Of a stretch of 64,000 nt of DNA, positions 1 to 13,124 are shown piece by piece. Location: assembly GCA_030141605.1 (NCBI GenBank), contig JAQGDQ010000154.1:186001-250000 (forward strand), in the 5' to 3' direction. Position 1 is the stretch's first letter. Every line of letters begins with the position of its first letter. The notes under the pieces are model-generated. The model was not told the DNA's origin. It did no database searches and worked only from the letters and a program-made list of their open reading frames with translations. The DNA is from Tubiluchus corallicola. Taxonomy: Eukaryota; Animalia; Priapulida. Both the position numbers and the translations under genes were made by a program.

Positions 1-762
1 CTAAGTAATTTGTCGCTTCATTTATTGTACAGTTTTGGTAAATTAGCTGATGGACATGTCTTTAAAGAGGACGAGTAAAGCTTTCATTTAGCTGCACTGT
101 TTTCAGTATTTCAGCGGCCAATCCGTAAATTGCCACAATCCATTTTTAAGACGCTTAGAACTATAAAATATTGAATAAATTATAATTGTGTAGACATCTA
201 AACTCAAGGTGCAGGAAAAACTTTCCCAAAATAACTTGCATTATTACGCGTTAGCTCGTAGGTCGTTTCTATTCATTTTCGTGATGACTACAGGTTTCTG
301 CAGAGTTCATATTCATTGGCAATCGTATAGCTAGCACTCGTCTGCTCTACTACAGTCTTCAGCGCACCGTTGCCAGAATGAGGAAAAGCACACCTGCGTA
401 TTTGTTGGACATGTCACTTAAAAACCACATCTTTGATAAGTAAATAAAAATAAATAATTAAATAAGGAAACTAAATAAATAAATCAATGAAAGCACAACG
501 TTGATAAATAAATAAAATTCATATAAAACATATTTTGCAGTTTTAAATATATTTTACCTTGTTTTCCTCCACTTTTCCCACACTGTATTAATATAATTGC
601 TTAGACCGCCTTCTATATCTAAATTTTATTATAACCATCATTCTCTACCACATTACTGCATACACAGTACTCAACATCTAATCCTAAGTTAATGGCCTAA
701 AAACTTTTCACAGCAAAATCACCGAGAGAAGTTTACGTAAATTTGCATTTGCTTGATTTCAG

Positions 763-848
763 GTCTTGGAGAAGCTTGGGGCACACAGCGGAGGCATTTG
801 GATCCCAGGAAATCGGGTATTAAAGAACTGGGCTCTCATTTGCTACAA
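763..848 (+). CDS. sim: single-minded (sim) exon after bHLH
   Basis: ttcag|...|gtaagt boundaries; encodes GLGEAWGTQRRHLDPRKSGIKELGSHLLQ, matching SIM-family GLGEAWG...ELGSHLLQ. The preceding bHLH exon is not in the window. Confidence 0.93.
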
Positions 849-1107
849 GTAAGTAACATCATCTTTTGATTCTTAATCTCCCGAATGCTGCTGCTGCTTA
901 TCTTTGTGTGAGAGATGATAATATTATCGTTATTATTGTTGTTTTGGAACAATGCTAATACTGTTTTAAAGTTCAGAGAACTTGATGCTGTTGTCGTTAT
1001 TGTTGCCATCATCATCATCATCACTCATCATCATCATCAACATCATCATCGACGTTTTACTGTGCCTTTTTGCTGGTGCTGGTCACTGGCCATGTATTAT
1101 CACTGTT

Positions 1108-1140
<33 letters not shown>

Positions 1141-1228
1141 GATGATGATGATGATGTTGTTGATGTTGTTGTCATTGCTGCTGCTACCGCTGCCTATATT
1201 TCAGTTAATTATCTACCATTTCTTTCAG

Positions 1229-1430
1229 ACGTTAGACGGGTTTATTTTTGTCGTTTCACCAGACGGTAAGATTATGTACATCAGTGAGACGGCGTCTGTA
1301 CATCTAGGATTGTCTCAGGTTGAACTGACTGGTAACAGCATCTACGAGTACATACATCCTGCCGACCACGATGAGATGACAGCATTACTTACCGCACATC
1401 CGTCATTTCCTATCAACCAAAGCATACAAG
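1229..1430 (+). CDS. sim: sim exon, PAS-A
   Basis: [57 protein letters not shown], near-identical to SIM PAS-A; tttcag acceptor, gttag donor. Confidence 0.96.
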
Positions 1431-1805
1431 GTTAGCAAAAACAAAAGATAATTGGATACGATAATAAAAGCTTTTATAATTGCTAAAAATTTCTAGGCTA
1501 AATATAACTGTCACTAAAATGTAAAATGTAAAAAGAATGTTACTGAGCTTGGATATGAAACAGGGATGCGAAATCTGGTGTTTTTACCACCAAACTACAC
1601 AATGTGCTAAGACCAATCTGATTTCCATACTAATAACTCTACAGTTTCCAAGTGTTGTAGAGTAACTGACCATTTTAAATGAAATACAAATAGCATTTTA
1701 CACACATTATTTCGTGTAGGTAACTAATTAATCACGATCTTAATTTCGTGATAATAAATTAAAGATCATTATTAAATTCTTGAAAATCGTTTTCCTAACA
1801 CAGTT

Positions 1806-1900
1806 AGCTGAGTGGTGTAGTCTCAGTGGTAAAGGTGCCATAATTTGTAACCTGGGGTCCTGGTTCAAGTCAGCCTCAGTCCTGATTTTTTCACATCGCT
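1806..1900 (+). mobile_element. degenerate tRNA-derived SINE head
   Basis: A-box-like tagtctcagtggta and B-box-like ggttcaagtc followed by ttttttcacat; a similar degenerate copy lies at 52320-52410; no intact cloverleaf. Confidence 0.45.
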
Positions 1901-2287
1901 TGTTTGTAAAGTTGGCTTTAAATACGTAACGCTATTTTTAATTTTCCCCAAGCGGGCTATTTGGCCTACTGGCCTATTTTGGAGCCGTATTATTTTCGCA
2001 TTAATTGGAACCACACAGAAAATAAATATAGAGGAGTATTACAGTAAGAATACAATCCATAAACTTCACACAGTTAAGAAAAGACATTCATTTTTATCAT
2101 GATGTCCTTTAAGATTAAGCGCGTAGTTCAGTTATACTTTATAGAGGGAGCAGTCAGCTGTTTAATCATTAATTGCAGGCAATTACTCTATTGTAGAATG
2201 CAAAACGCTACACCCAACAAGAATTCATTATGATAAAAGTTTTTACATGGCAAGTGCATCAGAAATAAAGTTGTTTTGTGTTTGTAG

Positions 2288-2373
2288 ATTTTGAAGTGGA
2301 GCGATCATTTCTGCTTCGCATGAAATGTGTTCTCGCCAAAAGAAATGCCGGTTTAACATCAGGAGGTTACAAG
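2288..2373 (+). CDS. sim: sim exon
   Basis: 86-nt exon, [28 protein letters not shown]; tgtag/gtgag; phase consistent with both neighbours. Confidence 0.96.
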
Positions 2374-3101
2374 GTGAGACGTTTTGATGTTAACCCGCCG
2401 GAAGTGAAAATAAAAAACAGCTAAGAAAGACGTAGAAAAACCGTATTCCCATGGAAAGCTTCAACGTGGGTGGACCAACTCTTCTGCTCTGTTAACCCTT
2501 TACGCACGCCAAAATTTGCAAGTTTACAGAAGCACTAGCATCACATTTTATATAAAAATAAATATTTTTATATTACCTGACAGTCATCAATGCCATGGAA
2601 TATTTTTCTGGTTAATCCTGTCAACATATTTCAACATTTTGCCCACAAAATCTTGCAACAATTAAATTATGGCAAATATTTGTCAAAATTATTAGCTTTT
2701 TTTAAAAAAGACAAAAGTAAAAAGTTTATTTCCCTAAAATAATTTTGAGAAACGCTACATCTGATATAGTAAATTAATATACAGATGTACAAATTTCAAA
2801 GAAATTTTATATCTGTCGTGAAACCCCAAGAGTCACCTCAATCGGCCTGCTGTAAAACCCAACTGTCAGTGGTAGAAACAACTACAGCTTGTCCTGTTAT
2901 CTCACCTGTAGGTCTCTGTTACTTTAAAATTCTCCTGGGTCATAGGTACGGACCATGTAACTCAATGGTTTGGCCCGGTAGTAACAAGAACAGTGGGACG
3001 AGTTTTGTGACCTGTTAACATTTCTTTTGAAATTTGACTTGGCAGGGTAGTGCGGACTGACTGATTTACCAAACTATTAAGTTTTGTTTCCTTTTTTGAA
3101 G

Positions 3102-3301
3102 GTGATACATTGTAGTGGCTATCTAAAAATCAAATACTTCACAATGGACATTCCACCGTACGAGGGATATCACCAAAATGTGGGGTTGGTAGCCGTTGGA
3201 CATTCACTTCCGCCCAGTGCTGTCACAGAAATTAAAATGCATTCTAACATGTTCATGTTTAGAGCTAGTCTGGATATGAAACTCATTTTTCTTGATGCAA
3301 G
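3102..3301 (+). CDS. sim: sim exon, PAS-A/PAS-B junction
   Basis: 200-nt exon, [11 protein letters not shown]...[42 protein letters not shown]; ag/gtaag. Confidence 0.96.
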
Positions 3302-4166
3302 GTAAGAATTAATTCTGTGATAGTATATTTATTTTGCAGCATTTGTTAAACTATTGTTATAAGGTGGGGATTATAACTGTGCAAGTAACTGATACGCTTT
3401 CCTGTGTACTTGTGAGTGTAATAATTACGCTAACGGTATTAACGTAGTAAACTCTGCTTAACTCACATCCTACAGGACCGAAAATGTTGACCATTTTCCA
3501 GCATGGTCCCTCCTCCTGACAACGAGCTAAATAGAAGGCACAAACTTAGCCATTCTATACATAAACGAGATTTGATGACAATTATACAAAGAATAACAAA
3601 TTATGTAGTGAAACACGATTTTTTATGTTACACGTACACAACACTGGTAAGCAATATGACAGTGCGGCTACCTACAGTTCAGTTTGAGAGCAGTTCTGTG
3701 TTAGGCGAAGTGAATTACATGTATTTTTTTACTCGCTGTTTTTCATTGTGTTTAATGCGTGTAAATTTTTGTTACTGTGTATTAAAATATGTTCGTTATC
3801 TTTTATTATGTATGTATGTAGTGTTGGATTATAATTTGTAACTACTATGTCTATTGTATATAATCGTTGTCGTTCAATGTGTCTCATGCGTTGGATTCTA
3901 AATTATATATATATGTGAATAGGTTTAATACATTGTAAATGTTTTTAGACATTTTAAACATATTCCTACGAATAGAGGGAATGTATTCTGTACATAGTTT
4001 TTAAAAATAAAGAATTATAATAATAAAAAATACATGTATTTTGACTAAATAGACCATAATTTTTTATTTGAGAGGCGAAATTTTGAGTTAAGCGATGATT
4101 TTTTGTGAGCCAAAATTGGTCTCATTCTTTGAGTTACTGTAAGTAATTTTGCTACTATTTTCACAG

Positions 4167-4273
4167 GGTTGCTAGTTTAACAGGATACGAACCTCAGGAT
4201 CTCATAGAGAAGACTCTCTATCATTACATTCACGTATCGGATGTATTTCACATGAGATATTCACACCATATTT
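4167..4273 (+). CDS. sim: sim exon, PAS-B
   Basis: 107-nt exon, [35 protein letters not shown]; cacag/gtaagt. Confidence 0.96.
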
Positions 4274-4676
4274 GTAAGTAATTTAGCTGTTAAATCCAGT
4301 TAAACGTATTATTCTAATTGTTAGTGAATACAAAAAATTAAGCATGTGCACATTTGGTTAATCATGAACATTTTGCCTTCTGTTTCTTGAATGAATTCCA
4401 GCATCTATTTTAGACATTTTTATTGCAAGTAAAGTCACACTAGAACTGCACAAGTTTAGCCAAAATAAACTATTTTATTGAAAACAATAAACAAGTTTCA
4501 TAGCAACAGACTCATCTGCTTAAGGTGGTAACGTTACAGCTGATTACAACAAGGAAACCCAGATTGGGCAGGGGCTAACAGTTAAGCAGTAATGCCTACG
4601 TCACAAGTAGGATGTAACCAATGTGACAGAGGGGAATGTTGGCATAAATGAAGCCATAGTGTTCTTACATTTGGGC

Positions 4677-4917
4677 GGCCGGGTGGTGTAGCTCAATGGT
4701 AGCGTGCTCGCTTACTACCCGGGAGGTCGTGGGTTCAACACGTGACCGAGTAATACTAAAGACTTGAAAAATGGTACCGCTGGTTCTACGACCTAGCACG
4801 CAGGTTTATTGAAGTAACGGGCGGGTAATAATAATTGGGACCACCTTGGAAATAAGTATTGAGGTACTTAAGGTGTTATCCTTGGACTATGTCCTAAACG
4901 AAATTATTATTATTATT
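4677..4917 (+). mobile_element. tRNA-derived SINE (in sim intron)
   Basis: A box tagctcaatggta, B box gggttcaac, core taatactaaagacttgaaaaatggtaccgctg, 3' accaccttggaaataagtattgag and (ATT)n tail; homologous copy at 29930-30159 (-). Confidence 0.85.
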
Positions 4918-5171
4918 GCATATAGCAGAGTAAATGTTTCTTATAGTGAGGCGAGTAGGCAGTTTTATTAGTTTAAGATATTATCAATTGACAGATTTAA
5001 AAATTCTAAAAAGATACAAAATTAATATTGAAATGTTTAAACTCTATTATCATCATGTCTTCACAATTACTAAAAAAAATAATATGCACGACAGTATTGT
5101 TGTCATGAGTTGGAGTTGATAGAGTTGACAAACATTCTGTGTAACGACACTACATTTTATATTTATTTCAG

Positions 5172-5319
5172 TATTACTCAAGGGCCAGGTGACCACCAGG
5201 TACTACAGGTTTATGGCCAAAGATGGCGGCTGGGTGTGGATCCAGAGTTATGCCACTATAGTACACAATAGCAGATCATCTCGTCCACACTGTATAGTTA
5301 GTGTCAATTATGTGCTCAG
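5172..5319 (+). CDS. sim: sim exon, PAS-B/PAC
   Basis: 148-nt exon, [48 protein letters not shown]; ttcag/gtagg. Confidence 0.96.
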
Positions 5320-5771
5320 GTAGGTTGAATGTACTTTACACAAATGGTACTACCTGTAACTAACGATTAGCTAAAAGTATTGCAAAAAACATTAAATGTG
5401 CCGTAAAAATGGCTAAACACGACTAATTAAGATAACAACTGCCTTGAAATTATTCAGCACATTATAAATTTAATCAAAAAATTAAATGTATTTTTTTACC
5501 TAATCAGCAGTAGGTATGTGGTAGGTATGTATGTCATGTGTAGGTTTAATATGTGCATATAGTTAGAAACATTTAAAGTCATTTGTTATGATTTTTATAC
5601 TTTTAAGTAAGTTCTCTGAGAATATCAGTAAGTGAAAGGAATTTTTGGGCAAAAAGTATCATTATTTTTAATAAAAATTACTTAGCTTTTATTGCTCATG
5701 TGTTTTTTCAGTTGTTTACTGATCCCACGAGAGAGGACACACATTACTGTCATGATTTCATTATTTTTCAG

Positions 5772-6930
5772 TAATTGTGAAGTCAAGGAGTTGAAGCTGA
5801 CCCTGGATCAAACTACAAGCAAACCCAGTGAAGTAGTTTATGTACCACCAGACAGTGTTGCTACAACCACACGGGCGATGAAACCAAAGAAAGAGAAGGC
5901 AAAATCACGCCGGGCTTCTCCATACACCGTCTCTAGTCAAAGCTCGGAGATCACCTCTTTTGATTACCCCGAGAAAGTTTACGAACATGCACCCAGTGAA
6001 CCTCCAATGGGTTACCAAGGTTATCAATTACCAGAAGGTGTGGAGCGATACGGAATGGCATATCATCCTGCATACATGCCTTCTCCGGCTGGATTTTACG
6101 AAAATACGTGTCTGTACAGTTATCCTCATCCAGTACAGTGCAAAGAAGAGGTCGACATGTACATGCGGCCAGATCAGGGTTACCTTTATCACTACCAACC
6201 TGAACAGCACACAGCTATAGTTGCTCATGCTTCTAGTTCAGAGCGGACAGAACAAATTAAAGAGCATTTGTATAACAGTCAGTCCAAGCAGCAGCCTTAC
6301 AGATTTAATGTTGGCGAACCTAATAAAACATTGAGTATCGAAGCTGCTGCCATGGTGAAAAGAACGCACAGAAGCCAAGGTCCTTACAGTAACCGATCGG
6401 ACAGTTCAGCATCGGAAGTCGATGTGGTGACGGAAGGAAAGGACAGACGGCGATGCAGCGAGGACATTGCCTCACCGTACTTAGTTTCTCGTGACACTAG
6501 GGGAAGCAGTGACTGCATGAAGAGGCACCAGACGCCAATGGACTATGGACATCAAGGTAACGAAGCCTCTGTGATTACAAGGAGGCAGTCGAGTCAGGAA
6601 GCATACCATTCCGAACAGTTAAAGAACAGTCCCAAGCCGGATCCTATTTACACAAACTTAGAATCAACAAAGCGATTAACGCACCACGATGTTATAGATT
6701 TGAGAATGACACAGAAACATGGGGAAACTCCACTTTTACATGATCAGCAATATCTGGCAACCACCAAGGCGCTGTGTGGAGGTTATAACTCTTACAGTCC
6801 GCAAGAGTTTCCTTCACAAGAACTGCTGCAATCTCATCGAGGGTACGCGGCTGCAGTTCCGTCAGCCGGGTACACAAGTGTCATAGTCGATCCTCAGCAA
6901 TACCACATAGCCAATGGCTACGTGCACTGA
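5772..6930 (+). CDS. sim: sim terminal exon (low-complexity C-terminal region)
   Basis: In phase with the previous exon (SNCEVKELKLTLDQ, like SIM1 ...LQLSLDQ); basic NLS-like KPKKEKAKSRRASPY; ends GYTSVIVDPQQYHIANGYVH*; AATAAA near 7132. Confidence 0.92.
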
Positions 6931-7949
6931 CCACTGTAAAAACTTCTACCTAAACTAATTATTAACATGTCGTACTGTAATTACACTGTGTGCTAATTTA
7001 TTAATGGATGTACTTGAGTAAAATTTATTGTTTTTGTTGCATGTTAATTATAGGCAATAAGCGCCTTTCATAATGATAATCAAAACGTGTACATTTTGTA
7101 AATATCAAGTGACTAACTATCACGTAATGTTAATAAACTATTTATGTATGACAGTAGCAGAGGACCATTATTGTTTGGGAAACTGAAATGTAAAATAATT
7201 GCAGTAGGGCGAGTTTCTTTTTTTCGGCTAACAGATAAGCCGGAGTACAAGAACTAGTGCTCCTTGTTCACAATCAGCGTTGAGCCTCTGCCACGTTTTC
7301 ATAAGTCATTAATTTAGATAAACAAAGTAGCACACTAGACAAATTGCTATTAGTTGTCAGTACAGTTTAAGCTGTATTCAGCAGCTTTGCTTGAATCTAG
7401 GTGTTTATGCTGGATATTGTGTACACTATCATAGTTACCCGTCCTATTCATGCACTCACGCAACCACTCACTCTTACAATGTTGCTATAAAAGCATCTCC
7501 TTCTATCAGCAATTATCCACTGTTATTGCAGAGTTTACACGAGGCAGTCGGCAAAGTGAGCGATTTCCACTAAAACGTGACTTTCTTGCGGTTTCCTCCA
7601 TGAGAAGGGCTTTAGCCATGTTTGGGCTGACGCAAGTGCAATTGACACAGACGGAAATATGCTAAGTTGTAACACTGATACAATTCCTGCCACTTAGTGG
7701 GAATCAAAACAAACAAATATTGATTGTTTTGCAAGCATTTCTTCCCGACTAGTTATAAGTCGAACTGTTAAAATGGTTTCATTACTTTGAGGGCATTAAT
7801 AATTTTGAAGTATGTTAGCTTGGTATTGTAATAACAATGACTTGAGTAAAGCTTTACACATTAGTGACAAACAATAGATAAGCAAATTAAGGTCACACGG
7901 AATCATGAATTACAATCCAAGTATTGAAACAATGCACCAATCAGGAATG

Positions 7950-8258
7950 TAATAACTCAACAAAATGATTTGCCTAAAACTTATATAATGTAAAATGTAG
8001 AAAAATGTTCTCTAACAGTTTAAATCTTCGTATGATCTTTTTTATGTCAAATTTAATTTGAAAGTTGAAATACTAAGTGACATCAGCAAGCAATTAATTC
8101 GTGCAATAACTCAACAAAATGACTTGTGTAAAAAATTATATAAATGTAAAATGTAGAAAAATGTTCTCCACCAGTTTAAATTTTTATTTGAATTTTTTTT
8201 CGAAAAATTAAATGTAAATTGAAAATTGAAATGCCAAGTGACATCAGCGAGCAATTAA
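7950..8258. repeat. ~155-bp tandem duplication
   Basis: aataactcaacaaaatga...tgtaaaatgtagaaaaatgttctc...aagtgacatcagc..gcaattaa occurs twice in tandem. Confidence 0.8.
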
Positions 8259-10029
8259 GACGTGTAATATGTGACTGTAAAAATGCAGGCAAAATAATTA
8301 CATTACAACACGTACCTACATTACAGTTACTTCCCAATTCCACATTCCAGGTGGGACAAGATAGGTAAAAGCACACCTGCAGATACAAACAGGAGTCTCC
8401 GAATTCCACATTTTCACATCTATTGTGTCGGCGAAGTAAAAGGTAAACAAACAAAAAGTACCGCAACAAAAGCTTTCACGCACCTGTGTTTATATAAGCT
8501 CATCTTTTGTCGACAGAAGAGCATCCGAAATGCAATTGAAAAATTCAAGAGACCGCCATCGAGAGGAGAGTCCCCAAGATGAGATGTTGTTTTAAATGAC
8601 CTACAAACAGAAACAGTAGGAATGTTAACTAAACTAGCATTCAATTGAAAAAATTTAAGCCTAATATTAGGAAAACGTTAAAAGCACTTTTTCCCAAATG
8701 GAAATACTCGGTAAAGCTCTCTAAAATAGGCACAATTAAGAACTGAATTTATGTAGTTAGACTTCAGCAAACTAACAGTAGACTTAGCTTATATAATCCC
8801 TGTCCATACAGGCCAGAAAGCATGCAAAGTTGCAATAATATTCCGGTAAAGCACTACTGAAAAATTAATAGTTTGCAAATGTGAGGTGCATTCACGTGGA
8901 ATGAAATTTGCTAATAATCATATTTTAATATTTTTATATTTCAACTCTCACATTTTAACTGATAGATTTACACAAAATATTATAGATGCTGCATATATCA
9001 TATACAGCAACGAACATATAACACATGGATGGCGGCTCAGTGCTAAATTTTTCGCATTTCCGTTTTTCGGGACAAATTTGGTTTCAAAAATTTAATGAAC
9101 TGTGAGTTCATTCCACTACCAATTGATATTATTAAAATTAAGATTACAAAAAATTAACACTAATGCATGTATTGTACACAACTGTACAGCAAGTCAGAAA
9201 TATGCAGGATGTACTTTACAATCCGTGAGAAAAATATCAACATGAAAGCTATCAGTGACACAGTCGACTTAACCAGGTGCAAAATTGCAAATTTAGAAAC
9301 TAATTACCTTTTTGACTCGTCGATTTCGGAGCAAAACAGCAAACATTTTTCACGAGTGGATCGTGCTCGAGTGCCAGGACGGAGGTATTAACGGATCGGC
9401 TATCACTTGGCGGCATTATCTACCAAATGACTCCGCGAAACTTCAAGATGAGAGCGAACACAGTCGGGTAACACAACAAAATCAGAAGTTGATTTTGAAT
9501 CGTCACAAGTATTTGCAAAGCGAATGTTATCAGTTCATTTTTATCTTAAAAACACCAATCAGCGAACGCCGAAAAAAGGGGGTTACACTCTCTTTTTGAA
9601 AACAGCATAAATCAGAGAGGTAAAGTACACTTTGAAGAAGACTGTTAAATTGAAACAGCAATAACATTGAATAATTATAGAAGTACAACATTCTAGTGCT
9701 CACTTATTTATTATTCAAAGCACTAAAAGTTAAACAAAATATTACTGCATCAACATTTCAACAACTGATGTTAATGTGGCACTAACAATCACTACAACGA
9801 TTCTAAAGCTCAGCAAAGAGATTTTTACAAGATAAAACATAGATTCCTACATATGTAGAGATTAAAAGTGCTTGGATTCTAGAGTATTACTCCTGTTTAT
9901 GCATTTAACTGGATTATGAAAACTGAAATGAGCAATTTTAGCTTCACCAAAGATTCACAGGAACCCGACAGCACACTTGCCTAACTTTTCCAGGATAAAT
10001 AATTACACAGGATTAGGGAACTGAAACAA

Positions 10030-10098
10030 TCAGATAAATTTAAATAATCTGTCTTTGTACTTGATTTCTCCTCTCCTGCACTTGCCTTCAAAGATGGT
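10030..10098 (-). CDS. NDUFB4: NADH dehydrogenase 1 beta subcomplex subunit 4 (B15), exon 3
   Basis: ttttcag|TIFEGKCRRGEIKYKDRLFKFI*; matches the invertebrate B15 C-terminus (GxxxYKDRxFKFI); phase 0. Confidence 0.92.
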   Translation of the reverse strand, partial: TIFEGKCRRGEIKYKDRLFKFI

Positions 10099-12980
10099 CT
10101 GAAAACAAAACGTACGGGACCGTGTAGCGAAACAAACTCTTTCAAATGTCTTTCAAGATTACTTTGCATTAGTTCAATTGATATTATATTTATCGTTCAT
10201 GAATTACATATCTTGTTAAACTTGCAGCATGGCGAATAAATACCTTATTTAATTTATCGCAAACAGCAATTCATTTGGGCATTTTTTCACAGAGCAGAGT
10301 CTATCATCTTCAGCAACAAAATGTGTTATCGTTATTGATGGTTTCGGCTTATGTTTAAATATAAAATTTAGGAAAAAAACCAAGCCACTCATGACTTTAG
10401 AGCCGCACAATTTAAAGGACATGTAATGTTTTGGCCTTTACGGATGTCGAGTGGATACCAATAACTTGTCATTTTGTGAAAGAAAATGTCCTAACACTTT
10501 TTTTATATTCACGATTAAAATTATGCTTTGATTTCTTTATTTAGTACTATTAAATTAATTTTCTTAAAACTGCTAAACAGAGCATTTGATCATTGTCCAG
10601 GGAAAGTGCTGCTTGTTAAGTGGGCTTGCCAATATAAAGCTCACAATTTTCAAGAGAAGTGCTACTATGCAAAGATGACTCTTGAGACTATTAACTGACC
10701 ATGTTGCTCCACCTATTGGTAAATTATAGAAAACTTTACATGTGACTTCATAGTCAAGAGTAATGGAAATTATAGGCTGTGTGCTTTTATACCATTACAC
10801 ACTTCTTTTCTGATTTTGCAGCATGATAGAGGTTAAATCAGAGTTGTTAAATTCGAATTTTTAATCGTTTTATTAGTAGTGTTTAATTAGGATAGTTTTT
10901 TATTTAAATGCATACTCATTCAACAACAAAACACTTTTATAAAAGGCAACGTTAACAGTTCATTAGATTATCTATCATCTTTAGGTACAAGAGTCACCTA
11001 AAACTAATAATACCAGACATTGTAAAACTAATTCATAAAGGAACTTATATTAAAAAGATGTACTGAATACTATCGGAAAAAATCTAGTGTTAAAAATTTC
11101 TGCACATGATTAAAGCCTATGACAGTTAAACCATACGTAGATTTAAAATCTAATACTAGACACATGGCTATCAAATTCAAAATAGAAAATTTCACTGCTT
11201 AGTGAGCATTAGGGGTGACCATCGAATTCAAATGTTCTTGAATTCGATGTTCAAGAAGAACATCAGGCTCTTCTTTCGTTTTCTTTGTTTTTCAATTGTG
11301 GAATTTTTTATTCATCATATTATCATGTGCCAGACACATCTATTACAGACACTGGGCAGGCACAATTGACGTCTAACATAATGTCAATCATTTTTGTTGA
11401 CTGCCCAATCACCGTGCAAGTTATTTCATACCCCTGCAAAGCTTAATTAACGCAGGTACATTTGGGACATTTAGCCGCGTCTATTGCTGTTATGAAAAAT
11501 GCTCAACTTTTCATTAGTTAGTGGGAGAAATATTGGCCTGGTTCTAGATTTTATTACTGTCAATTGAAAATGCAAGTGAATTAGTGGAAATATATAGTCT
11601 AGTTTTGTTTATAGGAAAAAATGCACAACGCTTATGTCTATGAGTTGCTGATTAAACAATTTTGCAATCAAGAAAATACTCAGTTTAGTTTACTTAATGA
11701 TTTTGCAAGTTAGATAAAAACAGCTATTTGATTAACTTTAAATAAGGACAAAACAAAATGTTTTCTTTTCTGGCCAGTTTTAATAAACCTCAATGAGATC
11801 TTCACAGTTAAAATTAATTCAAATGTGATCAAAACCTAAATTACACATTATACATTAATGTAATATTAGTTAATTTTGAGCTCTTTTTCTGGTTAAAAGA
11901 TGCCATTGAGACTTATGTAACTCGGGCATTCAATATAAGGAATGGAACAATCAAATTTATTTCATTTCCGTAGCCTAACAAATGGAAAAATACAAAACCT
12001 TAATAAATCATGCAGACGAGCACATGATCAGTTAATATAGAGAAAATACATCGCAGGCTTGATGTTCGTATGTTTAAAGGCAAGAGAGACTTAATATTTT
12101 TGTTGCCCGTTTATTGTAAAGCAATATTAACTGGCTTAGTTTCTTTATTATACTTATGTCTCTGTATTTCGTAATGCTTTGCAACTCTACATTCTGTTTA
12201 ATTTTAAGTCATTTTTTTGGCTACTTGAAGTGTTAATTTTGTGTAAAATGCTGCTGCTCCGCAAATTTGTGTTTATGGAAAAGTGCAATCAGTTTATCTG
12301 CTGCTGAGACATTGGTTGTGACTGTCATGCTGTTTAGTTTAGTTTATACAATTGTTGTGCTCTGTGTTGTGCGTGAGCTGTTGTCCCAAATGCTGCTAAG
12401 GTACGTTATAGCAGAGGCAAAGCCATAGACTAATATGTTTGATGTCAATTCTAAAATAAATCTGCCTTCAAAACTGGCAAACACAGCCATTAACCAGTGA
12501 AAAAACTAGGCAGTGCTATGCCAGTGACTTGCCAGCACCACTTCTGAGCAAAGACAAATTCATCATCATCATATGCCCTATTGCAGGCATTGGGCAGGCA
12601 GAACTCCAAAATAAGAGAAATCTGGCCTCAAGACAGGTAAACACAGCAGTAATCCGGCAAAAAACTATACGCTGCTAATGTCAGTGGTCTGTCAGTACCT
12701 CTTCCACAGACAAAGTGAGAGTGTATAAAAAACTACAATTTTGGAGATGGTGGTGCTACGTATCAGATTAATAAGAAACCACACATATGGCAATCGAAAT
12801 GGCAACCTTAACAGTAGTAGCTGGTCCTGTATTTACTAGCCCATGTTTACTCACAAAATTACGTTACTTCTGTGATAGCAATCTTTTGGATTTGGACCAA
12901 ATAACAAAAAAATAACACAGTTGTTCAGCCCTTATTCACTAGTGCCATCTGGTGGCAGAAGAAATACGAAGTTTACTTAC

Positions 12981-13124
12981 TCTTTCTTTATATATAGCAT
13001 ATGTCAGAGCAGCAACGGGTAGTACAAACAGTACTATACCCAAAAATGAAGTTTTTGGTGTTGCTTTGAAATGATCAAATTCTGTTACTCTCATAGATTG
13101 AAATCGCTGAATTGCTGGGTCAAA
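12981..13124 (-). CDS. NDUFB4: NDUFB4 exon 2
   Basis: FDPAIQRFQSMRVTEFDHFKATPKTSFLGIVLFVLPVAALTYAIYKER with the family motif FDPAxxR...FKxTPK and a single TM helix; tttcag/gtaagt. Confidence 0.94.

Noticed and set aside
836-1228. ORFs extending the sim PAS exon upstream (poly-L/V/C)
   Set aside because: Intronic trinucleotide repeats; the true acceptor is at 1228.
2492-2520. piggyBac-like end (ttaaccctttacgcacg)
   Set aside because: No matching opposite terminus found.
4677-4750. Functional tRNA gene
   Set aside because: The acceptor stem is poor and the head continues into a body and tail shared with a second dispersed copy, so it is a SINE head.
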